From positions 62,001 to 126,000 of the forward strand of contig CAUYUJ010000092.1 of assembly GCA_963575745.1 (NCBI GenBank): DNA of 64,000 nt, given 5' to 3'. The DNA is from Prorocentrum cordatum (taxonomy: Eukaryota). Position 1 is the first letter of the stretch, and each line of letters begins with the position of its first letter. Made by a program: the position numbers and the translations under genes. Under the pieces are notes generated by a model that was not told where the DNA came from, did no database searches, and was given only the letters and a program-made list of their open reading frames with translations. Positions 1-12,558 of the stretch are shown piece by piece.

Positions 1-162
1 GAAGAGTTGCCCGCAATAGGCAAACAAAAACAGTCCCCGGGATGGGGACGAGCGCTCCAACCAGGCCCCTGCCGTAAGAAAGTCGCGGACGCTGTAGCTG
101 GAGGCCTGCGAGAGTCGCAAGACTCAGAGACGAAATCGGAAGCCCTGCCCTGCCACGAGCTA

Positions 163-338
163 CAGTGGAGGCCAGTCCACAAGAAACCTTCCACAAGAAA
201 CCGAACCCTGAGACACAAGGGCAACCCTTGATTTTTGGTGTGGGAACGTCACGCCTTCCATAGCAAAAACATCGAAAGCCAAGCAACCCAGGGCACCGTG
301 GAGGCAAGCAGGGTGTTTATTGGCATGGATCCCCACTG
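163..338. mobile_element. 176-bp MITE, Tc1/mariner-like termini (TA|CAGTGG...CCACTG|TA), copy 1
   Basis: CAGTGG/CCACTG ends flanked by TA. A same-length, inverted, diverged copy lies at 43950-44125. Confidence 0.8.
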
Positions 339-574
339 TACTGACAACCTACCAAACCACCCCAACCCAACCTGAAGACCCGAATTTCGGATTGGGGGGA
401 TGCGGGTTCCATATGTGTTGTCTCAGTAATCCCCCATATGTGTTGTCTCAGTGTTCCCCGACACCCCCCCCACTGGAAATGGAGGGCACATTGAGGCCAT
501 CGGGGTGGCCTGGGGTGGTCTGGCGGGTGGCGAAACGCTACCTCCCCACCCTCCCGCCGTCAGTGCGAGGCAGC

Positions 575-760
575 ACACGCACGCCCGCAGCGTGCCGCCC
601 AGCCCGAGGCCCAGCAGCTCCACCAGGGTGAGGCCGCCGTCGACCCGCCTCTGCGCGGCGCGGGCCGCGCGGGCGCCGCCGCGGACCCCGCGCGGGCCGC
701 CTCTGCGCGGCGCGGCGGCGGCGCACCAGGGCCGCGGCGTGGCGCACCGGCACGCCACCG
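575..760 (-). CDS. Possible exon of an amino-acid permease (APC/CAT-like first transmembrane segment)
   Basis: Translates ...RRVDGGLTLVELLGLGLGGTL, resembling the LTLxDLxxLGxGxTxG start of cationic amino-acid transporters. Only this short motif supports it, and the boundaries are approximate. Confidence 0.25.
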
Positions 761-817
761 CGCACCGTCGGCGCGCCCTGGCGCGTCGGCACCGCGAGGT
801 GCGCCAGCGTGCGCAGA

Positions 818-964
818 CGAGCGCGTTCCACGACTCGCAGAGCAACTTTGCTCGCAGAGGACCTGGATACGCCGCGGGGGATCTACGACAAATTACCTCG
901 AAGCAGGCATGTGTTTTGTCAGACGTTTGCGAATAGGCACTCTGCGAGTCGTGGAACGCGCTCG
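818..964. mobile_element. 147-bp MITE-like element with perfect 25-bp TIRs
   Basis: CGAGCGCGTTCCACGACTCGCAGAG at 818-842 and its exact reverse complement at 940-964. No clear TSD. Confidence 0.7.
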
Positions 965-2938
965 GCGAGTGCGTTGAGCAGGGACGGGCCGTCCCGGCAT
1001 TCCTGTGGGCCCACCACGAAGTGTTCTTAGAATCCAAACATGTTGCAATAACAAAATCAATGTTCTTACAACATGTTAGGTGCGCCAGCGTGCGTCGTGC
1101 GCGCGCGGCGCGTGCTCTCTCGGCGCGGGCTGGGCGCCCACCCTTCGGCAACTGGAGACGAGGGCGCTCACGCGCGACCTCTCGCGTTCTGCGGCAACTC
1201 AGGTGAGCCTCCCGTGCCATCTTGTTGGCTCTTGCGAAGCGACGCTTCTCGACGCTAGTCGACGCTAAATCGACGCCGACCGACGCTAAAACGGCGCCAA
1301 CCGACGCTAAATCGGCGCTGACCTGTCGACTACCAGGCGCTGTTCGACGCCAGTGCACTCTCACGACGCATCTGCGAGGGCGCACCAATTCTCCCATGAG
1401 CTGCTGCCGAAGACGCGGGAAGCGCACGGGCGAGCGTCGGCTCCGTCGACCCCGTCTTCGTCCGTCCCTCGCGCGAGTGCAACACGCGGAGGCCGCGCGC
1501 GGAGTGCACGTCTGCCGAGGGCCGGCAGGAGCCTGGCCATCGAGGGGCGAGCGCTGGCGGGACGTGCGGCCACGTGCGTACTTAGCCCTCGCCCAGACCG
1601 GCCGCGCCACGAGTGCCCAGCTGTCTGACACTCGAAGAGGAGATCGACTACAGAATAGATTTACCCCAGAATTGAGCTGTCCGTCGAATCTACCAACAAG
1701 TACAGAGGATGTTCCGCATTCTACGCATTCTCCGAGGTTCGGCGAACAAATATTTGGGGAAAAAGAAATCATGTAGCCGACCTCTCACTCGAGACACGCT
1801 TGGCAATGAAACGTTCTTTCGGGGAGACGTAAGACTCGGGTTCGGGGGACCCGGATTGCCCTGACGGGGATGAAAATGACGAGACCCAATATGAAATCCG
1901 ACGCGAGCTCCCTCTGCAAACATCCCAAGAAAACCGAACAATCAAAATCCAAGATGCGCTCGTCGAAAAGCGTCGGCAAACCCGAGTTCAGGCTTACTCG
2001 AGTCTTGCTTTTCCCCGCTTCTTTTCCCCATCAATCACCGCAGCGCAACCACAATGCGATCCCGCGAGACAACGAAGCGAGGCCGCAGACTGCCAGGGAG
2101 ACCAGGAGTGCGACGTGCACCGACCTGCGATGGGCAAGCAACCGCAGTGGACCTTGGCCTGGATGACAAAACGCAGCAGCACAGCAGCACCAATGCACTG
2201 AAATCTGAAACGTAGTAGCGAGACGGAAGAAAGGGAGAGGGGCAGTTGAGGGGAGGAGAGGAGGAGGGCGCACAGGCATTGCTTCGCGGGACACGCTCGG
2301 CGGCAGCATGGTCCTGGCCTCGAGCCAGCAATCTCGGCGAGGACTAGCCAGCGGGGAACGAAGCATGACGTAAAGATAAAATCTCGGAGGTCCATGCGGA
2401 TTTCTCGGATCCGCGCTGGATCCCCTTGGCGGCGCCTCCGGCGCCGCCCCTGGCGCGCTCCGCGCGCCAGTGAGGGGGGTCCAGCGCCGATCCGAGAAAT
2501 CCGCGCAAACCTCCGAGTTTTTAGATGTTTATGTCATTCTTCACTCCGCTATGGGAGGCCCCCAGGTTATCGACCCCATCTTTCGCAAGGATTTCGCGCC
2601 GTGGAGCGCTCTCTCCTGACCCTCGGGGCCCGAAGCGGGCTTCCCCAGAGCGTGCTCGACGCCTCGACGAGCCCGCGCCGACGTGCTCGCCGAGCCGAGG
2701 CGGCCGGAAGGTTCGCGCCGCCTCGACGTGGTGCACGGATGTACGGCAGGCCCACGTCATTGACTTTTGGCGCTCCGCGCGGACTTCTTGAATCTGCGCT
2801 GGGCCCCCCCCCTGGCGTGCGGAGCGCGCCAGGGGCGGCGTCAGAGGTGTTGCCCGGGGGCGGCCAGCGCGGATCTAAGAAATCCACGCGGAGCTCCAAA
2901 AGTTTATGCTTATGGAATGTGTTCTTCTTCGATACTCG

Positions 2939-3137
2939 GCGGCGAGCGAGGGGGGGAAGTGAGAAGGGGCGTGCCTTCTCAGAAGGCTCGGGAGCCCCTC
3001 GGACTTCTGTGAGAAGATGTTCAAGCGTTCCCCGAAGACAGAAAAGAAAACCTCTCAGAAGGCGCGAGGGCTTCGGAGAAATCCCGCCGCCTTCTGAGGA
3101 GGCATTCTCCTTCCCTCTTCCCCCCCTCGCTCGCCGC
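2939..3137. mobile_element. ~200-bp MITE-like element with ~50-bp imperfect TIRs
   Basis: GCGGCGAGCGAGGGGGGGAAG...TGCCTTCTCAGAAGGC is mirrored by GCCTTCTGAGGAGGCA...CTTCCCCCCCTCGCTCGCCGC. Confidence 0.7.
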
Positions 3138-6100
3138 TATCTGTGGCAGGCCTGCGCCGCGATGCCGTCGGCGCTGGCTCCCGCCTCTGCCCGTGGAGCG
3201 CTCCACCTCGAGCGCTCGCGGCGGTGCGCGGGTCGCTCGACGTGGGCGGATGCTGGGCCACCGGCGGCGCTCTCGACCTCGAGCGCCTGGGCGCCGGGGC
3301 CGTCGCCGCGTCGATGCGGCGCGAAGCTGCCGCACACCTGCGCTCCCACGGTCGGAGCTGCAAGACTCGTCAAAAATAAACTGACGGCTTTTGTCCTCTA
3401 TGCGTGCGTGGTCGGCGCTACTTCAATGCTGGCATGAGGTATTCGGCCCAGACGCAGGGGTGTCCGAAATCCAGCAGTACCCTCACAGAATTGAAGAACG
3501 CGTTTTCTGACAAATGCCCGAAATGTCGAGCGCTTCGATTTTGAACAGCGCTTCAATGTATCTTTGACGAGGCTTGTAGGCCAACAGAATATGCCTTAAG
3601 AATATGAGACCCTCCGTCGGCCAAGACAAACAGGACATCCAAGGGTACCCTCCCTAGGATGCCCAAGAAGGTCCAACAAGCACGGCGAACCTTACGGCAT
3701 CATCCCCGAACCGACCTCGATCTGATACCTCGGTCCGACTGTACCACACTTCTCTGATAGGCCGGGAGGGCGGCACGGATGCGAAAGCGGACTGCAAGAG
3801 CAATACAAAAACTGTCTGATCCGTGCCCTACCCCCCATGCTAAATGTGTCGGAAACAATTCAGCAACTCTCATGCACAACGTATGGTTTGAACTCCCCCT
3901 CCTCCCCCCACATGCACTGTTGGTTTCGGATCTTCCGATGTTGGGCCTCCAAGTGGTCTTCAGGGAACGTGCCAACTTCGAACTGCGGGGGATGGGGGGG
4001 GAGTGTGACTCAATTCCTTCCCTCAACCGTACGGACGCCCTAATCGGGTAAGGAAAACGGCCACGGTGCCCAACAACCTACTCCAAATCCCTCATTCATC
4101 GACCCCCCCTAAAAAACCAGACCCCCCCAAATGCGACCTAATATTCCGGACCCCCCTCTTCGACGGGATGCCTTAATAAACCGGACCCCCTAAGCTCCAA
4201 TCCGAAGAAAGCGCCCTAATAAACCAGACCCCCCAAGTTTCAAACAAGGCGCCTTGCAAAACCGGACACGGGGGACGATGAATAAGGGATTCGGAGCACC
4301 TTGCTCTCAAGATGCACAACGACCTGCTGTCGGCCTTCGCCGGGGGGACGCCGACGGCCGCGGCCGCCGAAGGACCCCCCACGCGCGTGCCGCAGCCGCG
4401 CCGGCGCCGGCGCGAGCCGGCCGCACACTCCTCCCACCCGGGCGGCCGCGAGGGGAGGCCCGGGCGCGGGTCGAGCAGCGGCGGGGCGCGGCGCGGCGCG
4501 CCGATGGGGGGGGGGGGCAATGGGGGGCGGCGCGCCGATGGAGGCGGGTCCCTGCGCGAGGAGGGCACGGCGACCTCCTGCGCGGTGGCCGGCGCGGGCC
4601 GCCGGCGGGGCAGGCCAGGGTGGAGAGGCAGGGGGCGCCGACGCGCGGGCCCACGCGGGGAGCTCACGCGCGAACGTCGGCGCAGACGACCCCGTCTCGT
4701 CGCGCCGCTCACACGGAGGAGGGAGCGCGGGAGGCGAGAGACGGCCGGGGGAGAGGCCCGGGGGGGCGAGGGAGCCGCACGGAGGCCTCGAAAGTCTGCG
4801 TGTGCGTGCCGTCCGGCCGCGCCGGGCGGAAGCCGGCGCGAAGCGGCCGCACGCGGGGGGCGGGCAGGGCCGAACGCCTCGCGAGCGCCACCAGCAGCGC
4901 CGCCGAGCAGGCGCACGAGAGCAGGACGGAGAGGAAGCGGCGCTGGATGGTGCCTGGCTCGTCGCGATTGGCGTCCTGGCCGTGCGCTCGGCGGCCCTCG
5001 GCGGCCCTCGGCGGCCCTCGGAGGCTTCCCTTCGGAGGGCCCTCGGAGGCCCTCGGCGGCCTCCCAGGGCGGCTTCTCAGAAGCCCTACGAAAAGCGCGC
5101 CACGTGTTGTGCTCTCCGAAGACCCGAGATACAAGATGTCACACTTTAGGGCGTCCGTGCTCTCTCGCGCACAGACCACCGAGAAAGCTAGCCTGGCACG
5201 GTGGCGGGACTTGCCGCAGGCAGCTGGACACGTCTGCCAGCGTGGACCCAAAACAACGAGTTTGAGCAAGGCGGATGTACAAGCAAGGTGGCAGAAGCAA
5301 TGAGGTGCAAGCTATGTGGTGGAAGCAATGTGGTGCAATCTACTTGATACGAGCTGCGTGGTGGAAACAATGCGGTGCATTCTATGCGATGCAAGCTATG
5401 TGGTGGATTATACTGGGCGGCCGCGGGCGGCGCCTGGGCGAAAACCCGTAAAACCACTGGCCACCGGTCAAGGCGGCGACAAGGCGGCCGCGAGACGGCG
5501 ACAAGGCGGCCGCGAGCGGTCGCGGGCCCATCACTTCAGAAAACACGCAAGGGGCCATACGTGCCAAAAACCGCTTGAGGGAAAACCTGGCGCCATGCGT
5601 TTTGCAGAGCCGTCTCATACTACTTCTGCACAGGTGCTCCTGTGGGCTTGCCAACGACACAGGCCATGATCACCAACACCAACCACCGCCATCATTAAGA
5701 TACCTTGATATGCTGAATTGCACATGTCGCGAACGGCATGCATCCTCGTAGCCGACCAGCTTCCTTCACCAAACTTGTGCTGGCTGTTCAGATGGTGCAG
5801 ATCCCCAGTAGGCACGGTGACAGCAAGACAACACATAAAAAACAAATACACGGTGACAGCAAGACAAGAGACGTCAACAGACTCACCAGCTGGACAAAAG
5901 GAGAGAGATACAGAAAGAGAGAGAGAGAGAGAACAAAAAAAAATATCATGGGCCAGGAATGTAAAAGAGGGAGTAGCAGTACATATATATATATATATAT
6001 ATATATGTGTATACAAACACTAGAACCACGCGCGCTACGCGCGCTTAGGTTCTAGTCGCAGATGAAGCACGGGTGCCGCTGTAAGCTCCCGTGTGGTCAC

Positions 6101-6399
6101 AACGACGATTTCCAGCGTTCTCGGGCCCATGCCATCGACGCAAACAAACGCGTAGTCAGAACGCTCTCGCTCTGCCGGGGCCACCCTTGAGGGGTGGGAG
6201 GGGGAAAGCAACTTGTGAAATGATAGGGTATAGCGATGCCCCACTCGCTCTGGCGGGGTCTGTCTGGCGCTCTGGCGGGGCCGTCCCAGGAAAGGAGGGA
6301 GGAGCACGAAAGATGAGGGGTGAGGGGAAGAAGAGGAAAGAGGAGGATATGGAGGCAAGGGGAGGGGGCGGGAGGGACGGAGGGGCGGAGGGGGCAGGC

Positions 6400-8820
6400 C
6401 CGGGCCATCTAAGCCGTCTTAGAGCGCTCTGGGGCCTCCCGCTCCCGCTCTGTGGCCCGGCTTGGGCCTGTCCTGGGGTTCTCTTGGGCCGTCTGGGGCT
6501 CCTCCTGGACTATTTTCGGGCTCCCTGGGGCCGTCGGGCTCTTTTGGGTGCCTCTTCGGCGGTCTCGGGGCGGTCTTGGGGGCGTCTGCGGCCGTCTTCG
6601 GGCATTGGAAGCTCGAGAACGCGAAAAAGCAAACAAAAGTCGAACCAACCAATGCAAATCAATGATTTGGGCCTCTTTGGGCTCTCTCGGGACGTCTCTC
6701 GGAGCTCTCTTGGGCCCTCTTGAAGCCTTTTGGGCTGTGTTTGCCGTCTTGAGCTCCTCTTGGGCCACGTTGGAATCATCTCGGCCGTCCTGGAGCGCCC
6801 TGGGGCTTCGCGCTCCCGCTCTGGGGCCCATCTTGTGCCTCCTGGGATTATCTTGGGCAATTTTGGGCTGCTTTTGGGCAGTCTTCAGGCTCTCTGGGGC
6901 CGTCTTGGGGCTCTTTTTGGGGCCTCTTCGGCGGTCTTGGGGCGACCTTCGAGGCGTCTCCGGCCGTATTGGAGCGTTGGAAGCTCGAGAACGCGAAAAA
7001 TCGAAAAACATGTAAAAAACTATACTGGAAATAAAAGATATGGGCCTCTTCGGGCTCTCACGTGACGCCTCTCGGCCTCTTGGAGGGCTCTTGGGCTGTG
7101 TATTGGCCGTGTCGGGCCCATCTGGGGTCACGTTGGGGCCATCAAGGCCGTCTTGGAGCGCCTGGGGGCCTCCCGCTCCCGCTCTGTGGCCCAGCTTGGG
7201 CCTGTCCTGGGGCTCTCTTGGGCCGTCTGAGTCTCGTCCCGGGTGGGGGTATACAGAGGCCGACGGGGCTTACGTGGCGCACGCCTCTATCAGCCCGCAT
7301 CACAAGGACGCACGACAAGGAGGCAAGAGCCTTGGAAGGCCATTTGGTATCTTTTCGAGCGGGGCGCGGTCAACGAAAGTGGCCAAGGATGGACCGAGGA
7401 AGCGACCATCCTGAGTATGCGGGTTGCTTGTACGAAGAACGTGAATACCTGGGGGCCGCCCAAGACGGCCACGGGCGCCTGGCTATCGCCGCCACGAGCA
7501 GGGCAAGGCTGAGACCGAGGGCCGTGCTGCGCCCAACGACAGAGGTAACCCCCCCGCCGATACGGGCGTCACACTGTCCAGCCCCAGACCGAGTGCGGCC
7601 GTCTTTCGAATGCAAGGCCCGGGCTCTCTCGGGAAGCCTCTCGGAGCTTTCCTGGGGCCTCGTGGGACCTCTTGGCCTGTGTGTTTACCGTGGTGGTGGG
7701 GGCCATCTGGGGCGACGTTGGGGCCATCTGAGCCGTCTTGGAGCGCCTTGGGGTCTCCCGCTCCCGCTCTGTGGCCCAGCTTGGGCCGTATGGGAGTCCT
7801 CCTAGGCAATTTTCGGGCTCCCGTGGGCGGTCTTGGGGGTCTTTTGTGTGCCTCTTCGGCTGTCTTGGGGCGTCTTCTGCCGTCTTCGGACATTGGAAGA
7901 TGAGAGCGCGAGAAAGCGGAAAACATCGAACAAACCGGTGCATATCAATGATTTGGGCCTCTTTGGGCTCTCTCGGGGCATCTCTCGGAGCTCTCTTGAG
8001 CCCTCTTGGAGACCTCTTGGCTTCTTCGGCCTCCCGCTCCCGCTCTGTGGCCCAGCTCGGGCCTGTCCTGGGGCTCTCTTGGGCAGTCTTGGGCTGCTCT
8101 TCGGCAGTCTTCAGGCTCTCCTGGGCCGTCTTGGTGCTCTTTTGGGGGCCTCTTCGGCGGTCTTAGGGCGTCTTCGGCCGTCGAGAACGCGAGAAAGCGA
8201 AAAACGTGTAAAAAAACTATACCGGAAATAAAGGATATAGGCCTCTTCGGGCTCTCTCGGGACGCCTCTCGGAGCTCTCTTGGGGCCTCATGTAGGGCTC
8301 TTGGGCTGTGTATTGGCCGTGTTGAGCCCATCTGGGGCCACGTTGGGGCCATCAAGGCCGTCTTGGAGCGCCTGGGGGCCTCCCGATCCCGCTCTGGGGC
8401 CCAGATTGGACCTGTCCTGGGGCTCTCTTGGGCTCCCTGGGGCAGTCTTGGGACTCTGTTGGGGGCCTCTTCGGCGGTCTTGGGGCGGTCTTAGGGGGCG
8501 TCGGCTGTCGTGGACCGTCGGAATGTCGAAAACGCGAGACACCGAAAAACATAGAAAAAACAAATGAAAATCAAGGATGTGGGCCAATTCGGGCTCTCTC
8601 GGGACGCCTCTCGGAGGTCTTTGGAGGCCTATTGAAGCCTCTTGGGCTGTGTAGTTGCGGTCTAGAACCCATCTGGGGCCACGTTGGGGCTATCTGGGCT
8701 GTCTTGGAGTGGCTTGTCGAAATCCCCAGGGGGCTTCTGGGAGCGTCTTGGAGCTCTCTGGGGCAATCTGGGGGTTCCACGGCCCCTCTGGGGTGCTCTG
8801 GGAGCCGTCTCGGAGACCCT
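6400..8820 (+). repeat. Degenerate higher-order repeat built from GGGCTCTCTTGGGCCGTCTTGG-type subunits
   Basis: Recurring blocks CCTCCCGCTCCCGCTCTGTGGCCC and A-rich GAGAACGCGAAAA...AAAAC segments every few hundred bp. Related sequence at 13830-14460. Confidence 0.75.
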
Positions 8821-9098
8821 GATCCCGCCATGCCCCCTCCAGGTCGCCGTCCTGGGCGCCCGGGCCCTGTGAGCGGGTATATATAAGTGTGTATATGTGT
8901 ATCTATATATGCAAATATATTATACATAAAGAGGGAGAAAGGGAGGCATGGAGGAGGCAGAGAGCCGCAGAGGAGAGAAAGACAGAAGCAGGCAGACGGA
9001 GAGGCAGCGGGAAAGCCAAACAGGGTAAGCATTGAAAATTACATGGTGGGCATCCTCGACAACATCCGCCCCCGCGCTTGCAGCGGTAGGTCTTTGTA

Positions 9099-10308
9099 CG
9101 TGTGGTGTGTGGTGTGTGCGTGCGTGTGTGCGTGTGTGCGTGTGTGCGTGTGTGCGTGTGTACGTGTGTGCGTGTGCGTGTGTGCGTGTGTGACGTGTGC
9201 GCGTGTGTGCGTGTGTGCGTGTGTGCGTGTGTGCGTGTGCGTGTGTGCGTGTGTGCGTGTGTGCGCGTGTGCGTGTGTGCGTGCGTGCGTGCGTGCGTGT
9301 GTGCGTGTGTGCGTGTGTGCGTGTGTGCGTGTGTGCGTGTGCGAATGTGCGTGTGTGCGTGTGTGGGTGTGGTGCGTGAGCGCGTGTGCGCGTGTGCGGG
9401 TTTCGCCTTCGTGTGCACGTCGTGCGTGCGTGCGTGCGTGCGCATGCGTGTGTGCGTGTGTGCGGTGAGTGCGTGTGTGCGTGTGCCGCGGTGCGTGTTC
9501 GTGTGTGCTGTGTGCTGTGTGCAGCGTGTGCGTGCGTGCGTGCTTGCGTGTGTGCGTGTGGCGTTTGGTCGTGTGGCGTGTGTTGCGTGTGCGAAAGTGC
9601 GTGTGTGCGTGTGTGCGTTGTGCGTGTGCGCGTGTGCGCGTGTGCCGCGTGTGGCGCGTGTGCGCGTGTGCGCGTGTGCGCGTGTGTGTGTGTGTGCGTG
9701 TGTGCGTGTGTGCTGTGTGCGTGTGTGCCTGTGTGCCTGTGTGCCTGTGTGCCTGTGTGCCTGTGTGCCTGTGTGAGTGTGCGTGTGCGTGTATGCGTGT
9801 GTGTGCGTGTGTGCGTGTGTGCGTGTGTGCGTGTGTGCGTGTGCGCGTGGGTGCGTGTGTGCGTGTGTGCGTGTGTGCGTGCGTGCGTGTGCGCGTGTGT
9901 GCGTGTGTGCGTGTGTGCGTGTGTGCGCGTGTGCGTGTGTGCGTGTGTGACGTGGCGTGTGTGTGTGTGTGCGTGTGTGCGTGTGCGTGCGTGCGTGTGT
10001 GCGTGTGTGCGTGTGTGCGTGTGTGCGTGCGTGTGTGCGTGTGCGTGTGTGCGTGTGTGCGTGTGTGCGTGTGTGCGTGTGTGCGTGTGTGCGTGTGTGC
10101 GTGTGTGCGTGTGTGCGTGTGTGCGTGTGTGCGTGTGTGCGTGTGTGCGTGTGTGCGTGTGTGCGTGTGTGCGTGTGTGCGTGTGTGCGTGTGTGCGTGT
10201 GTGCGTGTGTGCGTGTGTGCGTGTGTGCGTGTGTGCGTGTGTGCGTGTGTGCGTGTGTGCGTGTGTGTGTGTGTGCGTGTGTGTGTGTGTGCGTGTGTGT
10301 GTGTGTGC
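9099..10308 (+). repeat. (GT)n/(GTGTGCGT)n microsatellite
   Basis: Seen directly. Source of spurious CV/HT-repeat ORFs. Confidence 0.97.
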
Positions 10309-11478
10309 CTATCGCGCCTGCCGAAGGAAGCGAAACCGTTCGGTGCGTCATGCGCGCGCTGGCTTGCAGCGCAGGTCGGGAGGAGGGGGGGAGGAGGGAG
10401 GGACGAGCGGAGGGAGCAAGGTGTGGAGGGTGATGGGGAGGGGGGGTATGTTTCGACGGGCGCACAATTGAGAACTAGACTGCTGAACGCCATGCCTACG
10501 AGAGGGAGCTCCGCAGACACGCGTTCGCGTGGCACGGCTGTTGCGACGCATGGTTGTTGTGATTTTTCTGGAGGGCATGTAGTTGGGGCGTGCGGGGCTG
10601 TGGCGGGATGTCCGAAGTTGCATGAGGTGTCAGTGGGGGTCTTGGACCGTTTTCGGGCCTCTTTGCCAGGCGCCGCCCTGGGTGGCCTGAATGCCGTCAG
10701 GTGCCAGCCTGGGCAGTGTGAGGCTTCTCGGGGTGGTACGGCGGAAGTACTGAATTCTTTCCACCCGAACGCACCCACACATTCGACGAGTCAGACACGG
10801 ATTCGACATGTATTCGACGCAGATAGGGGCGCGACGGGACAGAGAAGGTCCCCCGAATGTGCAACATAAGAGGGGGGAGTAAAGGATATGTTGGTGGGCC
10901 ATCGGTGCGAAGAAGCATCCGGAACACACGATGAGTGAGATCACCTTCCTGGTGAAGGGCGGCTCGGATGCGAGACGCCCCTGCGACAAGTGAGGCCATC
11001 TCGCGCTAACCCTCCCAGACTGGGCAAATCGTCAGGGAGCGTCAGGCGCAAGCCACCAGGACGACGAGTGAGACCACCTTTCGCGCTGCACTCCATCGAG
11101 AAAGCGCACACATGGATTCAGGCGCGTAGCTTCTCGAAGGGCCCCGCTTCCCATGCAGAATCGGCGCGCTCCGCCACCACATCGGGCGGCACAAGCGCCA
11201 TTTCTCCCCGGGACCTTGCCCAAGGAGGAGGAGGAGGAGGAGGAGGAGAAAAAGGAGGAGGAGGAGGAGGAGGAGAAAAAGGAGGAGGAGGAGGAGGAGA
11301 GATCCACGCATCCCTAATCCATTTTAGCGGGCGCCCGGTTCCGGAGTGGGTAATCTGAAGGAAACCTCAGGCGGGAGCCACCAGTCGCAAGCGAATTTCC
11401 CCCCCCCTCCCCCCCCCGACTCGTCGACGAAAAAAAGAGCCGGTCAGAGAGGGAAACCCTGCGATACACCTCAAGGGA

Positions 11479-11691
11479 TCTGGACGCCCGAAATGGGTAC
11501 TGAAAGAATGGGTACTATGCCCAACAGCAGTTCCTGTTCATTCTGAACAGGACTCGCTGTCCGCGCCGCCGCGGCCTGTGTCCATTCGAGACAGGAGGCC
11601 GCCCGCCCAACAGCGGCCGCTGTTGGTTTGGGACAACATTTGTTGTTGGGCATAATACCCATTCTTTCGGTACCCATTTCGGGCGTCCAAA
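11479..11691 (+). mobile_element. 213-bp MITE with ~50-bp TIRs, copy 1
   Basis: TCTGGACGCCCGAAATGGGTAC...GTACCCATTTCGGGCGTCCAAA with 5-bp TSD AGGGA (11474-11478 and 11692-11696). Second copy at 55150-55362. Confidence 0.9.
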
Positions 11692-12049
11692 AGGGAGGCT
11701 ATTCGGACGCACCCCTGTCGAGGCTGGGCGCCCTCCCCTCGTACGTCCCAGGTCTGGGCTCCAAGGTGTTGGTCCGTTCGAACACCCCACGAATCAGGAG
11801 GGGAAAAAACACAGACACAATTAATCCTCGATTCCCCCAAAAATATGGAAAAATATGGGAAGTGGGGAGGAAGACAGAAACCAAGAAAATATGAAAAATA
11901 TGGGGAATCCTGTCATTTGTGTGTATTTATTTGTGTGATTGTGGGCCCCTTCAAATGTGTTGGTCCGTTCGAACACCCCACGAAGCCTGGGATAGGGGTC
12001 GGCATATCCCCTGGTAGCCATAAAACGACGCGAAGATCGGGACAAAATC

Positions 12050-12180
12050 GGATCGGGATAACTCGAAATCTCTGAGAATCGGCGGGTTTGGAGGATGTAT
12101 TGGGCGCCGCGGCCGCTCCAGAGCGTTCCGGAACGCTCTGAGAGCGCTCCGGAACGCTCTGGATCGATTTATCCCGATCC
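12050..12180. mobile_element. Small TIR element with internal palindromes
   Basis: GGATCGGGATAACTCGA versus TCGATTTATCCCGATCC (16/17 inverted match). Internal palindrome AGAGCGTTCCGGAACGCTCT plus a near copy. Confidence 0.55.
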
Positions 12181-12558
12181 TAGCTCTGTTTTAAACCAGG
12201 GTGACGGGTGAGACTGGCCTCCGTGCTGCCTCTCGTGTGGGCAGGTTGCAGGCTGGAGCCACCCAGGCGACGAGGGGAACCTTTTTGCCCGCGCTGCCCC
12301 GCACCGTCCCCCCCCCCCCCCACACCGCTCACCCGTCTCCTCCGCAATGTTCCCGTGGCAAGGGGAGGGTGCTGGACGTCTCGGACACGGGGCCTTGCTT
12401 CGGCCGGTAGGTCCGCGGTTGGCGCAAGTAGCCTCCCGTCTCGCCTGCCACCGCCCCCGCCAGCGACCTGCCCAACGTCATGTCTTTTTTGCTGCGGAGC
12501 CTCTGGAATTGAGTTCTTCCACATACCCATACCTATACGACCACCCTGCGGGTGATAA

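Noticed and set aside
4173..5303. Overlapping 250-350-aa GC-rich ORFs
   Set aside because: Open in most frames owing to extreme GC, with R/G/A/P-rich translations and no motifs.
8887..10869. Long CV/HT-repeat ORFs (and poly-H/D/M/S/E ORFs at 24.9-28 kb, 46 kb, 50.4 kb)
   Set aside because: Translations of microsatellites that lack stop codons.
10690..11010. LINE zinc-knuckle remnant on the minus strand (SLVAG...EGDLTHRVFR)
   Set aside because: Only a short motif resemblance, with no flanking RT or RNase H motifs recoverable.
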